Assembly: GCA_964464735.1 (NCBI GenBank)
Contig: CAYXKF010000003.1
Span: 3,808-67,807, forward strand
Reading direction: 5' to 3'
Origin: an uncultured Candidatus Saccharibacteria bacterium
GTDB lineage: Bacteria; Patescibacteriota; Minisyncoccia; Phycocordibacterales; UBA1006
Length of the DNA: 64,000 nucleotides
Shown here: piece after piece, positions 9,087 to 19,585 of the stretch
Layout: each line of letters opens with the position of its first letter
Position numbering within the stretch: position 1 is the first letter of the stretch
Notes under the pieces: model-generated
Databases searched by the model: none
Seen by the model: the letters and a program-made list of their open reading frames with translations, nothing else
Told to the model about the DNA's origin: nothing
Program-made: the position numbers and the translations under genes

Positions 9087-12000
9087 TTATTGTGAGCGCT
9101 TTTCAGCAATCTTATTGACCAAGCTCTCGACCCACTGGTGCACTGAAAAGTTTTCAGGATATGCCATAATGGATACTCCATATACTTCTTGTTCCATGAG
9201 GTGAATCTGCTGTTGCAACTTTTCCACCATTGGCATTTCACCCATAAAATCGTTTGTCATAAAATCACGAAGTGGCACATATGTCTGCTGGTCACCTGCG
9301 ACAACCTGATAAAAGTTCGCAACATTTTCAGCGCTGCGGCCTAGGGCCAAGACTGGCTCAAAGATTTTCTCGGCTAGAATGTCCCTGTGCTCAAGGGTCC
9401 TTTCACTAAAGACATCCGCAGCTGCTAGACGTTCGATCGCCTCTTGCGCACCACGGTGGAGATTTTCAGGCGTAACAAAGGCAGAAACAACTTCGTTAGG
9501 ATTGGTATTTGTCGCAGCATTTTCAACTGCTGCCGCTGTAAGATTTTGTGGCGCCTCTTGCTTAATAATGCCTTCAGTAGCATCAGTTTGAACTGTATCA
9601 GTTGCTGTATTTGCAACTCCTTCGGTTACATCTTGCGGCGCAGCTTCAATCGGTGTAGTTTGCGTAATCACTTCGGGTGTCGCGCTAACCGTCGACATGC
9701 CCGGCGGAATTTCTTGTTTGATGATGCCCTCGGTAGCATTTACCACATTTGATGCACCGACCGGCGCAACCTGGTCAATCAGCCTTCCGTCAGGCAACCG
9801 CTCGTCAACCGTACTGGTTCCCTGTGGTACCTCTTGCTTAATGAGCCCTTCGTTTACTGGAGGCACCGGCGTTTGCGGTAGCACGCCCATTTTCTGCAAG
9901 CGCGCATATTCTTCGGGTGAATAATTATCGCGTGATACGCTGTTAAAGTTACTGATCTGGTCTTTAGTCAAAGCGTCAGCATTTTGTGCCGAGCCACCTT
10001 TTGGATCCCAGTACAAGGTGTCTTCTGTGCCGCCAGTTCCATACGACGGTTCAATGCGAGGGGTCGATGCAGCTTGCGATACCCCTGCAGGACGAACTTG
10101 TTGGTTGCCTGTTTGCGAACCATTAGTATGAGTATGGGTTCCAGGATTTGCATGATTATGCGTTTGCGCCGCGCCTTGGCTCATCGAACCTTGTTGCAAA
10201 GGAGCCCCCGCAGCTGCAGCTGTCGCCCTTGCCTTTTCTTCGACAGCTTGTTGTGGAGCACTATAATGTTCAAAGGATTCAAGATCAGTGCGCAGCGGGA
10301 ACCCAAGCATGTTCGCAAGCATCGGCGCGCTGTAATTGTTCATTGTTGGCGGTTGGTAAAAACCAAACTTCGAATGAAATTCGTCCAAGAATTGCGGTGT
10401 CAATTTATTTTCGGCAGCGCGCGCCATCAATTCAAGCGTTACTGCTTTTTGCTCAAGCGACATCTTGCCTTCGGGATACTCCATGATTGTTTGAACAAAT
10501 GCTTTTACCGGGTCAATGGTTGCCTTATTTCCTCCTGCATACAAGTTTGCAAGGAATTTGTCCCCGAGGTCGCGGTCACCATGGAACCAATACGAAGCTA
10601 CAAAACCATGGTCGGTATTAATGCGATCGCGCAGCAATAGATTAAGCGCATTTAGTGCCGGCGAATTTGGACGCGACAAAAATCCAAGCATTTCGTTGTA
10701 ACGCGCATTGCCGGTAAAGTGCGGGAAGTCGACATTTTCAAGCGCTTTAGGATTTGGTGCAGTCGCTGCATTCGTATCAATATTCGTATTGCCACCATTT
10801 TGGCCGCCCGCAGCACCTGGCACTGTTTGTTCAATTAAACCACTGCCAACTTTTGATCCACCAACAGGAACTTGCTGATTACCACCAGTGTTTGTAGTTG
10901 GGTCACTAGGCGTCGTGGTACTGCTTCCTTGCGGAACTTCTTGTTTAATAATACCTTCGTTGTCATTTGGCCCTGCATCAGTATGCGTATCGCTTGGCGC
11001 GCCATCATAGCGATGGAAGTATTCGTGTTTTTCGATACCCGCGGCACCGCCTTCGGTATGCGAACCATCAAGCGTTTCGATGATGCCGCCCTTTGCGTCA
11101 TATTCGACCGAAGTCATGTCGCCGCTACCGTCAAGCTTAAGCACATAAGCGGCACCGACATTATAGGTGCGCACTTCGCCCTCGGGCGTAATGTATCCAA
11201 ATTTTTTCGCAAGCTCGACTGCTTCGTGTCGCGCAAAACTATGCAAGTCATCGCCCGGCTTGTAACCCAATGCAGCCTGTAGCTTAGGATCGTGTTCGAT
11301 CTGGCGCATAAAGGCATACGTAATACCGTCGTTCGGGCGGATTTTTGCCTCAATAGGGATGTCAGGATTAGCCGTTGTTTCAGGTGCTGCCGCTGGAGTT
11401 TTTGGTGCAGGTGATGTTTGGGTATCGTCTGCGCTTTCTTTTGCAGACGGTGCCGGTGTTTCTTGTTTGGCTTCATCAGCAGCCGGTGCTTGTTCGTCAT
11501 GCTTAGGCTGTGCATTTGCGTCACTTGGGTGTTCGGTTGCCGGCGCTTCGGTAGTTGCCGGGTGCGAGCCAAGGTCGACACCGGTTTTTACCTCATGTGC
11601 ACCATGTGATACAGTTGCAGTATCTTGATGACCAAAAAGCTTATCCAAAATTGCTTGCGAATTATTTGCTTGAGATGCAGGCGTACCAGTCGCAACGGTA
11701 TCGATATGTGGTTCTTGCATTGCAATCGTATCAACCGATGGGTTTTGACCCAAAGCAGCTGCAACAGTATCGCGCGACTGCTGTCCGGCTGCAGCCTTTA
11801 GACTATCTTGTGCAGATACACCCCCATTAGTTTGATTACCGTGTTGAGCAACCGTGTCAGTCGAAGGCACGTGCACTTCTTCTTCGACACCCGTGAACGG
11901 ATTTCGAAAATGAATAACGTCCGAGATACCCTTCATAAGAGGCTGCATGTTCTTTGCCTGCTCTTTAAGTATTTCTTGCCCAGTGTCGGTGTGTTCAAGA

Positions 12001-13436
12001 ACAGTACGCGCGATAGAGCCAGCACCAAAAGCACCCAAGCGTGTCGCAACATTAGTTAGGTTTTTATACCATTCTTCCTTAAACTTTAATTGCGCCGCTT
12101 CGCGTTGTACATCGGCAAACGTTTTAGTACCTGCTTCAAGTTCCTTCGAAAGCGCTTCTACTTTTTCTTGGTAAGTACCGCCAGCACCAAATTCGTCTCC
12201 CACTTTCCATTTGGCCTTGCTGATAGCCAACTTTATAGCTGCCGAACTTGCCATCCCCGCACCGGCACCGATCAAAAGCGCAGGAGTAAATACCGCAGCC
12301 GCAGTACCGGCACCTGCAAGTGCGGCAACAATAGCGGCTTTTTTTGTACGCGGATACTTGTCGATCGCCGCCATAATCTTTCCTTTAATAGTATCGTTTT
12401 TTGTTTCCGAAGCATGTGACGGGGTTCCTTCAAGCATCGCCTTAACATCAAACGTTGTCCTGCGATGAGCAAGCCCGCCAATGACAGACGTTACTGCGCC
12501 ACCCGTAGTACCCATGATGCCGCGAAGCCCAAACCCAAGCGTGCCCCAAATTGCGCCACTACGCACTGCCTTGCCAATACCCCCCGTTCCATTAAACCAC
12601 TTAGTAAAACCGCGCACCACATCGCGCGCACTGTTATCAAGTGTCTTATCCAATTGTTCGTGCATGAACTTGCTTTCGGTTTCAGTCAAAACCAGCGCAC
12701 GGTGGTCAGTATTTGCCAACAACGCAAGAGTTGCCAGTCTTTTCTCGGTAGTCAGGATTTCCTTTTGTAAACGATTGACCTCGTTTTGGTCAACACCCGC
12801 AGGATTGCTCATCGCATCACTTAAGGCTTTTTTTCGCTCAGCCAGAAATTGTGTATAAAAAAGGTTTTTTGAATCCAAGCCCTCGGCAAGGATACGTTCG
12901 ATCTGCCGGTTCTTTAATATTTGATAGTCATTAAGCTTCGCTTCGTAGGCCGCTTTCGCTGCAAGCGCCTCTTGTTCGGTCTTTGGCTGAAATCCAAGGC
13001 CCGACATGATGCTTTTCTTGACTTTGATCCATGTTCCTTTGTTTGCCTGGCGTTCAGCCGCAAGATACGCCATTTTCAGTTGGCGCAATTCAGCCATCTC
13101 GACCGAATCGCCTGGCCGGGGCCGGGCACCATCAAGGGGCTTTGCCAGTTGCTGCTTTATGCGATCACGTTTTTCTTCGTCAGTTTCTTCTTGTATTGGG
13201 TTTAAGAGAGCTTCCTGCTCTTCAGGCTCCTCTTCACCCGCGACAGGCTCGACAACCGGCGATTGTTCCACCTGGGTAGTCGTTTGCTGATTGGTGGTAT
13301 TTAAATTGTTTAACAATTGATCAATTGCACCGGCAGTATTTTGCTGTTGAACCTCAAGACCCGCCACGGTGTTATTCGCAGCCTCTATTTGCTGGTTAAG
13401 ATTATTAAGTGCGCTTAGATCAGGAATTCGGTTCAT
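9087..13436 (-). CDS. giant hypothetical protein (1449 aa) with N-terminal coiled coil, glycine-zipper hydrophobic segments and an internal EG(I/L)IKQE(V/I/A)PQG repeat
   Basis: Long uninterrupted ORF. The N-terminus is Gln/Asn-rich coiled coil. Gly-rich helices (GGIGKAVRSGAIWGTLGFGLRGIMGTTGGAVTSVIGGLA; AAIVAALAGAGTAAAVFTPALLIGAGAGMASSAAI). A Pro/Thr/Ala-rich linker. A 4-fold peptide repeat (GIIKQEVPQG-like). A His-rich patch (HNHANPGTHTHT). Confidence 0.8.
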   Translation of the reverse strand: MNRIPDLSALNNLNQQIEAANNTVAGLEVQQQNTAGAIDQLLNNLNTTNQQTTTQVEQSPVVEPVAGEEEPEEQEALLNPIQEETDEEKRDRIKQQLAKPLDGARPRPGDSVEMAELRQLKMAYLAAERQANKGTWIKVKKSIMSGLGFQPKTEQEALAAKAAYEAKLNDYQILKNRQIERILAEGLDSKNLFYTQFLAERKKALSDAMSNPAGVDQNEVNRLQKEILTTEKRLATLALLANTDHRALVLTETESKFMHEQLDKTLDNSARDVVRGFTKWFNGTGGIGKAVRSGAIWGTLGFGLRGIMGTTGGAVTSVIGGLAHRRTTFDVKAMLEGTPSHASETKNDTIKGKIMAAIDKYPRTKKAAIVAALAGAGTAAAVFTPALLIGAGAGMASSAAIKLAISKAKWKVGDEFGAGGTYQEKVEALSKELEAGTKTFADVQREAAQLKFKEEWYKNLTNVATRLGAFGAGSIARTVLEHTDTGQEILKEQAKNMQPLMKGISDVIHFRNPFTGVEEEVHVPSTDTVAQHGNQTNGGVSAQDSLKAAAGQQSRDTVAAALGQNPSVDTIAMQEPHIDTVATGTPASQANNSQAILDKLFGHQDTATVSHGAHEVKTGVDLGSHPATTEAPATEHPSDANAQPKHDEQAPAADEAKQETPAPSAKESADDTQTSPAPKTPAAAPETTANPDIPIEAKIRPNDGITYAFMRQIEHDPKLQAALGYKPGDDLHSFARHEAVELAKKFGYITPEGEVRTYNVGAAYVLKLDGSGDMTSVEYDAKGGIIETLDGSHTEGGAAGIEKHEYFHRYDGAPSDTHTDAGPNDNEGIIKQEVPQGSSTTTPSDPTTNTGGNQQVPVGGSKVGSGLIEQTVPGAAGGQNGGNTNIDTNAATAPNPKALENVDFPHFTGNARYNEMLGFLSRPNSPALNALNLLLRDRINTDHGFVASYWFHGDRDLGDKFLANLYAGGNKATIDPVKAFVQTIMEYPEGKMSLEQKAVTLELMARAAENKLTPQFLDEFHSKFGFYQPPTMNNYSAPMLANMLGFPLRTDLESFEHYSAPQQAVEEKARATAAAAGAPLQQGSMSQGAAQTHNHANPGTHTHTNGSQTGNQQVRPAGVSQAASTPRIEPSYGTGGTEDTLYWDPKGGSAQNADALTKDQISNFNSVSRDNYSPEEYARLQKMGVLPQTPVPPVNEGLIKQEVPQGTSTVDERLPDGRLIDQVAPVGASNVVNATEGIIKQEIPPGMSTVSATPEVITQTTPIEAAPQDVTEGVANTATDTVQTDATEGIIKQEAPQNLTAAAVENAATNTNPNEVVSAFVTPENLHRGAQEAIERLAAADVFSERTLEHRDILAEKIFEPVLALGRSAENVANFYQVVAGDQQTYVPLRDFMTNDFMGEMPMVEKLQQQIHLMEQEVYGVSIMAYPENFSVHQWVESLVNKIAEKRSQ

Positions 13437-13502
13437 ATAATTAGGCAGTTACATTGTAATACAAAGCGGTTAATAAGCAATTTTATGGGCTTATCTTGGC
13501 AC

Positions 13503-16500
13503 CTATTTTTCAATAAGCTTAGCACCAATACCCTTAAGGTAGGTGTTAATATTATCGGTATTTTTCGAATAATTTTTTGTAATCTTAAGCAAGTCGCCAA
13601 CTTCTTCGACAATACCCGCTTTTTCCAATTGGGTGACAATTGCATCACGACGAGGAATAGGAAGACCAAGTTCAATTCCTAATTTTGTAATATCGATTCC
13701 CTTACTATTAGCAGCAAGAATTTTTTTAACCACATCGGTAATTTTTTCATCAACAGCTTCTTTGTTTTCAAGAGGCAACCCAAGTGCCTTAAGTTCGTTA
13801 TCGAATAGTGCATTGATCGAAGCTTTGGCCAAATCCATTGATTTCGAAATAGTGGTATATTCTTTGCCCTTATTATCTTTTGTGATAGCAATATATTTTC
13901 CGTCTTTTAAATTAATACTATTTAAAGCATCGGCACGGCGCTTTTCAATATCAGCTTTTTTCGCTTCAAGGTCGTCAGCAGTTTCTTCTTTTTTTCCATC
14001 AACCAAAGCAAGTTCAGTATCGATAATTTGTTCGATTTTTTCCAATTTATCTTGATTACCCAAAAGCCAGTGAGAAATCATACTTTCGAGCCGAACCGTT
14101 ACTCCACGGTCAGCATAGGTATACTTGCTTGAAAGTAGTTCTTCCACCTTGCCTAGACCACCAACTTTTTCAGCAAGCAGCACGATCTTATCAACTAAAA
14201 CAGACGTAAGAATCTCAAGAGCTCTTTTATCTTTATTGTACAAAGCCTGAACTTTCGGCAATTCTTTTTTTGCATTCTCGACAGCCTGATCCCCTAGCGT
14301 GGCGTTACTAATCCACGGCCCGCCAAGATGCTGATAGGTTCCCGAATCAGCATATGATCCATCGGGATTTAGCCGGATAAAGATATTAGTATCAGGTACA
14401 AGATATTCTCTTTTCTCTAAAATCTTTTTGATCATTTCAATCGTCTTTACTACTGCCTCGGGCCTTGGTCGTTCTTTGATATCAGCATCTTGCGTCTCGA
14501 TATCGTCCACTGGATCATCCGCATCGATTCCCCGTCGTTCTTCTTTCGATTGTTTTGAACCAGCCCCATCTCCTAAAAACTTGACTGCAACCGGTTTTAT
14601 TACTTGCCATACACCATTTACTAGTTGTGCTTCGCCGTAAGCAACTAATTGAATCTTTTTCGTATCGCTTGTTGGTTTATTGAGAAGCATAACGCTTGGA
14701 TTATTAAGATAGTATTCCCAATTGCCGTCAGTAAAGACATATTTTTGAACGCTTGGATCTTTTGAGATTCCCAAAAACGCCTTATGATCCTCTTTTTGGA
14801 CTAACAATTCAAAAATCTGTTCGCCGTTTGAGGCTTTGCGTGCATCAATCGAATTAAATCCTCCATTGACCGGGATTTTACAATACAATTTATGAGTAAA
14901 TGGCGGCTCGACGGGTTCAATTGTTTCTTTTTTCTCATCAACTGTCGGCGCATCGCCCCAATACATCTCGCCGCCACTTTCAAGTACTAATTTTCCATTC
15001 TCAGTTTTATAAATAATCGGTTTTGTAACGGTAATTTTAGACGGGCACTCTTTTGGTTGTGCATTTAATATCTTAAAAACATTATACAAAATGAGTTCAG
15101 GTGAAGCATACGCGGCGGCAAGGGCACGCTTGGTATTTGCGAAGGTCATTTCCATTCGACCATTTGGCAACGCTTTTCCATGATAAAATATAGAGGATTC
15201 ATCTTCTGGAGACATTTGTGCTACAGAGATAGGAAAACTTCCATCGGCATTAGGAATTGGAAAATACCAGATTTTGCCTTTGGTTTCTTTTTGTTCGGGA
15301 CTATTGGCATTAAGACCCTGCAAAGCGTCGTCAAGGCGCTTATCATATGCAAGGTAATTATCAATCTTGATTTCAAAAGGCAAAGTTTGGGCTTCGGCAA
15401 CATATTGTTCCTTAATGCCCTTAAGTTTTACATCAAGATCATTATATTCAATACCTGACGACAAGTAGTCCTTAAATTCTTGACCATAGCGATGTCCTGA
15501 AATCCCTCGTTCGCGCACAGCTTCATTCAGTGAATCATAAAATCGTTTATTAAAATCTTGTTCAATGATTGTTTTCCCACGGTTCTTTAATTTATGCTCA
15601 AAAGACTGTGCTATCTCATGCATTTGCACAAATGCAACTTTATCCATATCAGGCAACTTTTGCCCTAATATATTTTTTACATTTTCAAATTTCCTCGCAA
15701 CATCATTATATGTCCCGGTTAATTCATTTTCAGCATATAATTTTGTCCATTGAGCAGCCACGTCCGACAACTGTGCGATTTGAGTTCCTTTATAAGTAAT
15801 TGCCGTAGGTGTTACCTCATAGTCACTTGTTCCAACCTTTCCTAACGGAAGGTCCAGTGCATATTCCAATGTTTCTGTTTTCGCCTTTTTCTCGAAACGA
15901 TAATCAATAACCCCGCCCATTCCTTTTTCGGCTTTTAGTTCGTAACCAGCAAGTTCGCTCCAGGTTGCTAAGTCGTCGGCAACTTGTTTGTCAGTGGTCG
16001 TAAACGAACCGTTTTTAATTTGCTGAATAAACGACTTACGCACTGCTTCGCTGTATTTAGGATGCGCCTGTTTTTCAACAAGCTGTAATTGGCCAAACGC
16101 GTAAGCCTTAAATAGTTCGTCTTTTGGATACGTCTTAATAACACCCGATGCATTTTTTAGTTCATAACCCCTAGCTCCCGACGAAGCTAACGCGTAAGTG
16201 TCGCCATCGACAACAAAATCGTGCGTAGAAATTGCGTTTAAAATATATGTCTTAATACTTGCAGCTACTTTTTTATACTCCTCTTCGCGCGCATCATTAA
16301 GATCCTTAAGTTGCTGTTTGGCGTTTTGCAATTTTTCGGCACCTTCTTGCTTAACACGCTGTAGCGTCGCAACAAGTTCGGCGTTTGTTTTTGGAAGACT
16401 GTCGGCAGCAAGTCCAAGCGCAGCAAGCTGCTCGTTTGTCATGCCCTTAAACATGTCGGCGATTTTTTGCGCTTCGGCATCAATGGTATTGGCATCAAGG

Positions 16501-16664
16501 GACGCGTCTAATTGCTGCATCGCAGCAAGTACCGTTTCGTCTTTTTCAAGTGCTTTCTTTTTGGCCTCGATATTCTTTGCATGCGTAATTGCCTGCTCGA
16601 GCATGTTGGGGGTTACCCCTTTTTCCTTAAGCATTTTTACCAAGTCGCGTGCTTCAAAACCCAT
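13503..16664 (-). CDS. giant hypothetical protein (1053 aa) with C-terminal winged-helix resembling the FtsK gamma domain
   Basis: Long ORF with no Walker motifs. The C-terminus (ITKLGIELGLPIPRRDAIVTQLEKAGIVEEV) resembles the FtsK-gamma / wHTH consensus (..LQR.L.IGY.RAAR.ID.LE..GIV). Confidence 0.75.
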   Translation of the reverse strand: MGFEARDLVKMLKEKGVTPNMLEQAITHAKNIEAKKKALEKDETVLAAMQQLDASLDANTIDAEAQKIADMFKGMTNEQLAALGLAADSLPKTNAELVATLQRVKQEGAEKLQNAKQQLKDLNDAREEEYKKVAASIKTYILNAISTHDFVVDGDTYALASSGARGYELKNASGVIKTYPKDELFKAYAFGQLQLVEKQAHPKYSEAVRKSFIQQIKNGSFTTTDKQVADDLATWSELAGYELKAEKGMGGVIDYRFEKKAKTETLEYALDLPLGKVGTSDYEVTPTAITYKGTQIAQLSDVAAQWTKLYAENELTGTYNDVARKFENVKNILGQKLPDMDKVAFVQMHEIAQSFEHKLKNRGKTIIEQDFNKRFYDSLNEAVRERGISGHRYGQEFKDYLSSGIEYNDLDVKLKGIKEQYVAEAQTLPFEIKIDNYLAYDKRLDDALQGLNANSPEQKETKGKIWYFPIPNADGSFPISVAQMSPEDESSIFYHGKALPNGRMEMTFANTKRALAAAYASPELILYNVFKILNAQPKECPSKITVTKPIIYKTENGKLVLESGGEMYWGDAPTVDEKKETIEPVEPPFTHKLYCKIPVNGGFNSIDARKASNGEQIFELLVQKEDHKAFLGISKDPSVQKYVFTDGNWEYYLNNPSVMLLNKPTSDTKKIQLVAYGEAQLVNGVWQVIKPVAVKFLGDGAGSKQSKEERRGIDADDPVDDIETQDADIKERPRPEAVVKTIEMIKKILEKREYLVPDTNIFIRLNPDGSYADSGTYQHLGGPWISNATLGDQAVENAKKELPKVQALYNKDKRALEILTSVLVDKIVLLAEKVGGLGKVEELLSSKYTYADRGVTVRLESMISHWLLGNQDKLEKIEQIIDTELALVDGKKEETADDLEAKKADIEKRRADALNSINLKDGKYIAITKDNKGKEYTTISKSMDLAKASINALFDNELKALGLPLENKEAVDEKITDVVKKILAANSKGIDITKLGIELGLPIPRRDAIVTQLEKAGIVEEVGDLLKITKNYSKNTDNINTYLKGIGAKLIEK

Positions 16665-16696
16665 AGCTGCAATTATACATGGTTTACTGTTTCATG

Positions 16697-17992
16697 CTAT
16701 CGCAAAATAGTGCGAAGCTGGTCGTCCGTCATCGACTTAACGGTTGCCGTGTCCGAACTGTAAGCGTTGATCTCGATATGCAAATGCTGACCGTGCCCCG
16801 GCTGGCTTGCATTGATGCCGGTATGACCAACGGTACCAATTGTAGCGCCTGCAGTGATCGCATCACCCGGCTTTACCTTTACCTGCTCAAGATGCGCATA
16901 GCGGTAAAAATAATTTTTATCTGGGTTATACATAATGACCGTATTTCCGCCCTTCATCGAGCTGGTCGAAAGCGAATCGTCCTTGGTCCACGAACTTTCC
17001 GCCAAGACTACAATGCCGCGTTCCATGGCGTTAACAGGATTTCCTTCGTGCGTAAACAAATCAAGCGCGTCGTGATGGTTTTCGCCCGCTCCAAAACTAA
17101 ATACCTTAAGTGGCTTAGTGCCCGCAATATCAGCTATTTGCGCATCATAAAAGCGTTTTCCCAGGTATTCGATATATTTTTTGCGCACATCTTTGGTAAC
17201 ATACGGCGATATTTCGCGCACAATAATTGATTGCGGAGTCAGCGAATCGTGTGCCTTATGATACACATATTCGTCCGAATAATATAACACTGATACCACG
17301 TACGGGTTTGCCAACGCGATTTCAGGGCTTTCGCCCGAAGCTATTTTAGAAAGCGTATCGCGGGCATTGGCAATGATGGTTTCCATACGCTGGCGCATTT
17401 CGATAGAAAACTGTTCCATCCCTTTTTGGTTTATCGGATGAATATCAGCTGACGTACTTTCTGACGGTTGGGTTTTTGCATCCTTTGTGTGGCCAGGATT
17501 ATTTTTGGATGTTTTTTTGTCACTAGAATCATCTAACAGTTCACTAATGCCATAGGCGCCCGCCGCAGCGGCGACGGCGCCTATGCCAAGGAACTTTAAA
17601 AACTTGCCGCGTGGCATAGTACTTGTTTCGTTTACCGGCGCTTGATGCGTATCGGTATCGACTAAAGCTGACTCGTCTACTGTATTAGTATTTTCTTGCA
17701 CCACAGCTTCTCCTGCAGTATCTTCAGCAATTGGATTATCAATCTTTGCATCTTGTTGATCTGTCGATGCTGGGTTTAAAAGAGCCTCAAGTTCTTTTCT
17801 TTGCTGCAAGACGCTGCGTTCAAGATCGGCAAGATATGCTTCAAGTTCGATTTTATTTTTTGGAGTGCGATCACCAAGATTAATACCTTTGTTTGCCAAA
17901 AACTCCCTGATCTTTTTTGCTTCAGCGGTTTCAACATTATTGTTTGGTATGACATTTTCCCGCACCATAATAAGCAAGGGTTGCTTACGCAA
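16697..17992 (-). CDS. membrane-anchored M23 family metallopeptidase (LytM-like)
   Basis: C-terminal M23 signature with the HxH motif (GATIGTVGHTGINASQPGHGQHLHIEI). A central TM helix (FLGIGAVAAAAGAYGI). The N-terminal region is coiled coil. Confidence 0.85.
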   Translation of the reverse strand: MRKQPLLIMVRENVIPNNNVETAEAKKIREFLANKGINLGDRTPKNKIELEAYLADLERSVLQQRKELEALLNPASTDQQDAKIDNPIAEDTAGEAVVQENTNTVDESALVDTDTHQAPVNETSTMPRGKFLKFLGIGAVAAAAGAYGISELLDDSSDKKTSKNNPGHTKDAKTQPSESTSADIHPINQKGMEQFSIEMRQRMETIIANARDTLSKIASGESPEIALANPYVVSVLYYSDEYVYHKAHDSLTPQSIIVREISPYVTKDVRKKYIEYLGKRFYDAQIADIAGTKPLKVFSFGAGENHHDALDLFTHEGNPVNAMERGIVVLAESSWTKDDSLSTSSMKGGNTVIMYNPDKNYFYRYAHLEQVKVKPGDAITAGATIGTVGHTGINASQPGHGQHLHIEINAYSSDTATVKSMTDDQLRTILR

Positions 17993-19580
17993 ACTTTACT
18001 GCCAACGTATCGCTTTTTAATTTAATGCGTGCAATCTTTTTGCCAAGCTTCCCTTCAAGATATTCTTTAAGCTTGTCACCCAAGCTGTTTAATTGATCAA
18101 GAGGGATTTTTGATTTCACTAAACTATTCGCATCGATCTTAAGACTTTTTGGATCAACGGCAATGGTATCATCTTGATTATCGATTATCGCAAAGATATG
18201 GGGGCTCCCAACAGCAAGACCTTTTAGCCCAACACCTTCGAACTGCGCATTAATGTGCCAATTTAATACTCCTGCGTCGATGTGCAAACTTGAAAGCTTT
18301 ATAGGCTGACCTTTTATGACATTAGCTAGAAGATTTTTTATTTCTGCTTCGATATCACGTACAGCATATTCGACATCAAACTTATTTCGCTCGATTTCTT
18401 CAGCAATGGCCTTATCACCGACTTCAGGCTGCTCAAGCATGTTGTTTTGCCTAAACCATTCAAGGGCGTCCTTGTCTGATGTGAAGGAAAAATGTTTAGG
18501 CTCTACACCAGACATAATAGCCAAGATTTCCTGAAAACCGGCACCGCCCCGGCGAAGCATGGTTTCAAGTGTTTGCCCATGATTACTCCACGCATAAATT
18601 TCGTACGGAAGTATCGTATCCCATTTTATAAAATATGCATTAGGATATTCACTGCTCATGATTGGATATCCTTTTGGATATTTTTTCTTCATGTATTCTA
18701 GTTTTTCCGCGTACGGCAATTTAAATGAATTAAAATCGATACCCGAAGAGTCTTTCATTTCCATATACGTAATACCTCCGCGGACTTTTGTATGTGGATA
18801 TTTTTCAAGATGAGCCCTAAGAAGCTTTTGTATTTCAGGATCAAGCGCTGCAACATCTTCTATGGTTACATTACTTTTTGATTTAAGTTTTTCACTGATT
18901 AAATTCAAAGATTCGATGCCCATGTCGCGCGCTAAATTATGAGGCACTCCAAATTGGTTAAGCTTGTTTGCAGTTTCTTGCTCGGCAGATTCACTAATAA
19001 CCTCAGGTTCTTCTTTTTTATCTTCAGACGTAGTTTCTTCGACAACAGGCGCAGCTTCTACTACTGGTTCAATCGGAGCAATTGGCTGTTCGTCTTTTAT
19101 TTCTTCTTTACTTGATTCCTCTTCTTTAGGAGTTTCTTCGACAACAGGTTCAACTGATTCAGCGACAGGAGCTACCTCATCCACAGCTGGCATTTCTTCA
19201 GCTGCTGGTTTTTCGGCTTCGTTAAATAACTGCATCATTTCATCGAGCTCGGCTTTTGTTTTTGGCCAAACCTCAGTAGGAATATCACTGATATCTATTT
19301 TAAGCGTGTTTACCAAATATGCTTTTAGATCTTCGATATTAAACTCAATCGGTTCAGATTCGACGACTGGCGTAGAAACTTCAATAACCGGAGTTTCACT
19401 AGCAGCTGCCACTTCGGCTTCCCTTGCCTTTTCTTCTGCCTCTTTTCTACGCCGTTCCATTTCGGCAGCTGCCCTTTGCTTTGCCACTGCTTCCGCTCGC
19501 TTAAACGCAGCTCGAAACTGTTCGGCCGTGATGCCTTTTTTATTGTTCTCGACTGCAAGTTTGTTTGGATTGAACATCAT
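17985..19580 (-). CDS. hypothetical protein (531 aa) with acidic Glu/Pro/Val-rich N-terminal low-complexity region
   Basis: Clean ORF overlapping the downstream gene by 8 nt and starting 5 nt after the upstream stop. The PVVE/EEPE repeat region is followed by a globular C-terminal domain. Confidence 0.7.
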   Translation of the reverse strand: MMFNPNKLAVENNKKGITAEQFRAAFKRAEAVAKQRAAAEMERRRKEAEEKAREAEVAAASETPVIEVSTPVVESEPIEFNIEDLKAYLVNTLKIDISDIPTEVWPKTKAELDEMMQLFNEAEKPAAEEMPAVDEVAPVAESVEPVVEETPKEEESSKEEIKDEQPIAPIEPVVEAAPVVEETTSEDKKEEPEVISESAEQETANKLNQFGVPHNLARDMGIESLNLISEKLKSKSNVTIEDVAALDPEIQKLLRAHLEKYPHTKVRGGITYMEMKDSSGIDFNSFKLPYAEKLEYMKKKYPKGYPIMSSEYPNAYFIKWDTILPYEIYAWSNHGQTLETMLRRGGAGFQEILAIMSGVEPKHFSFTSDKDALEWFRQNNMLEQPEVGDKAIAEEIERNKFDVEYAVRDIEAEIKNLLANVIKGQPIKLSSLHIDAGVLNWHINAQFEGVGLKGLAVGSPHIFAIIDNQDDTIAVDPKSLKIDANSLVKSKIPLDQLNSLGDKLKEYLEGKLGKKIARIKLKSDTLAVKFA

Positions 19581-19585
19581 ATATA

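Noticed and set aside
9984-10640. 218-aa plus-strand ORF, with many other 60-140-aa ORFs, antisense inside the 1449-aa and other long genes
   Set aside because: They are fully embedded antisense in long, well-supported ORFs and have Cys/Arg-rich low-complexity translations typical of shadow ORFs.
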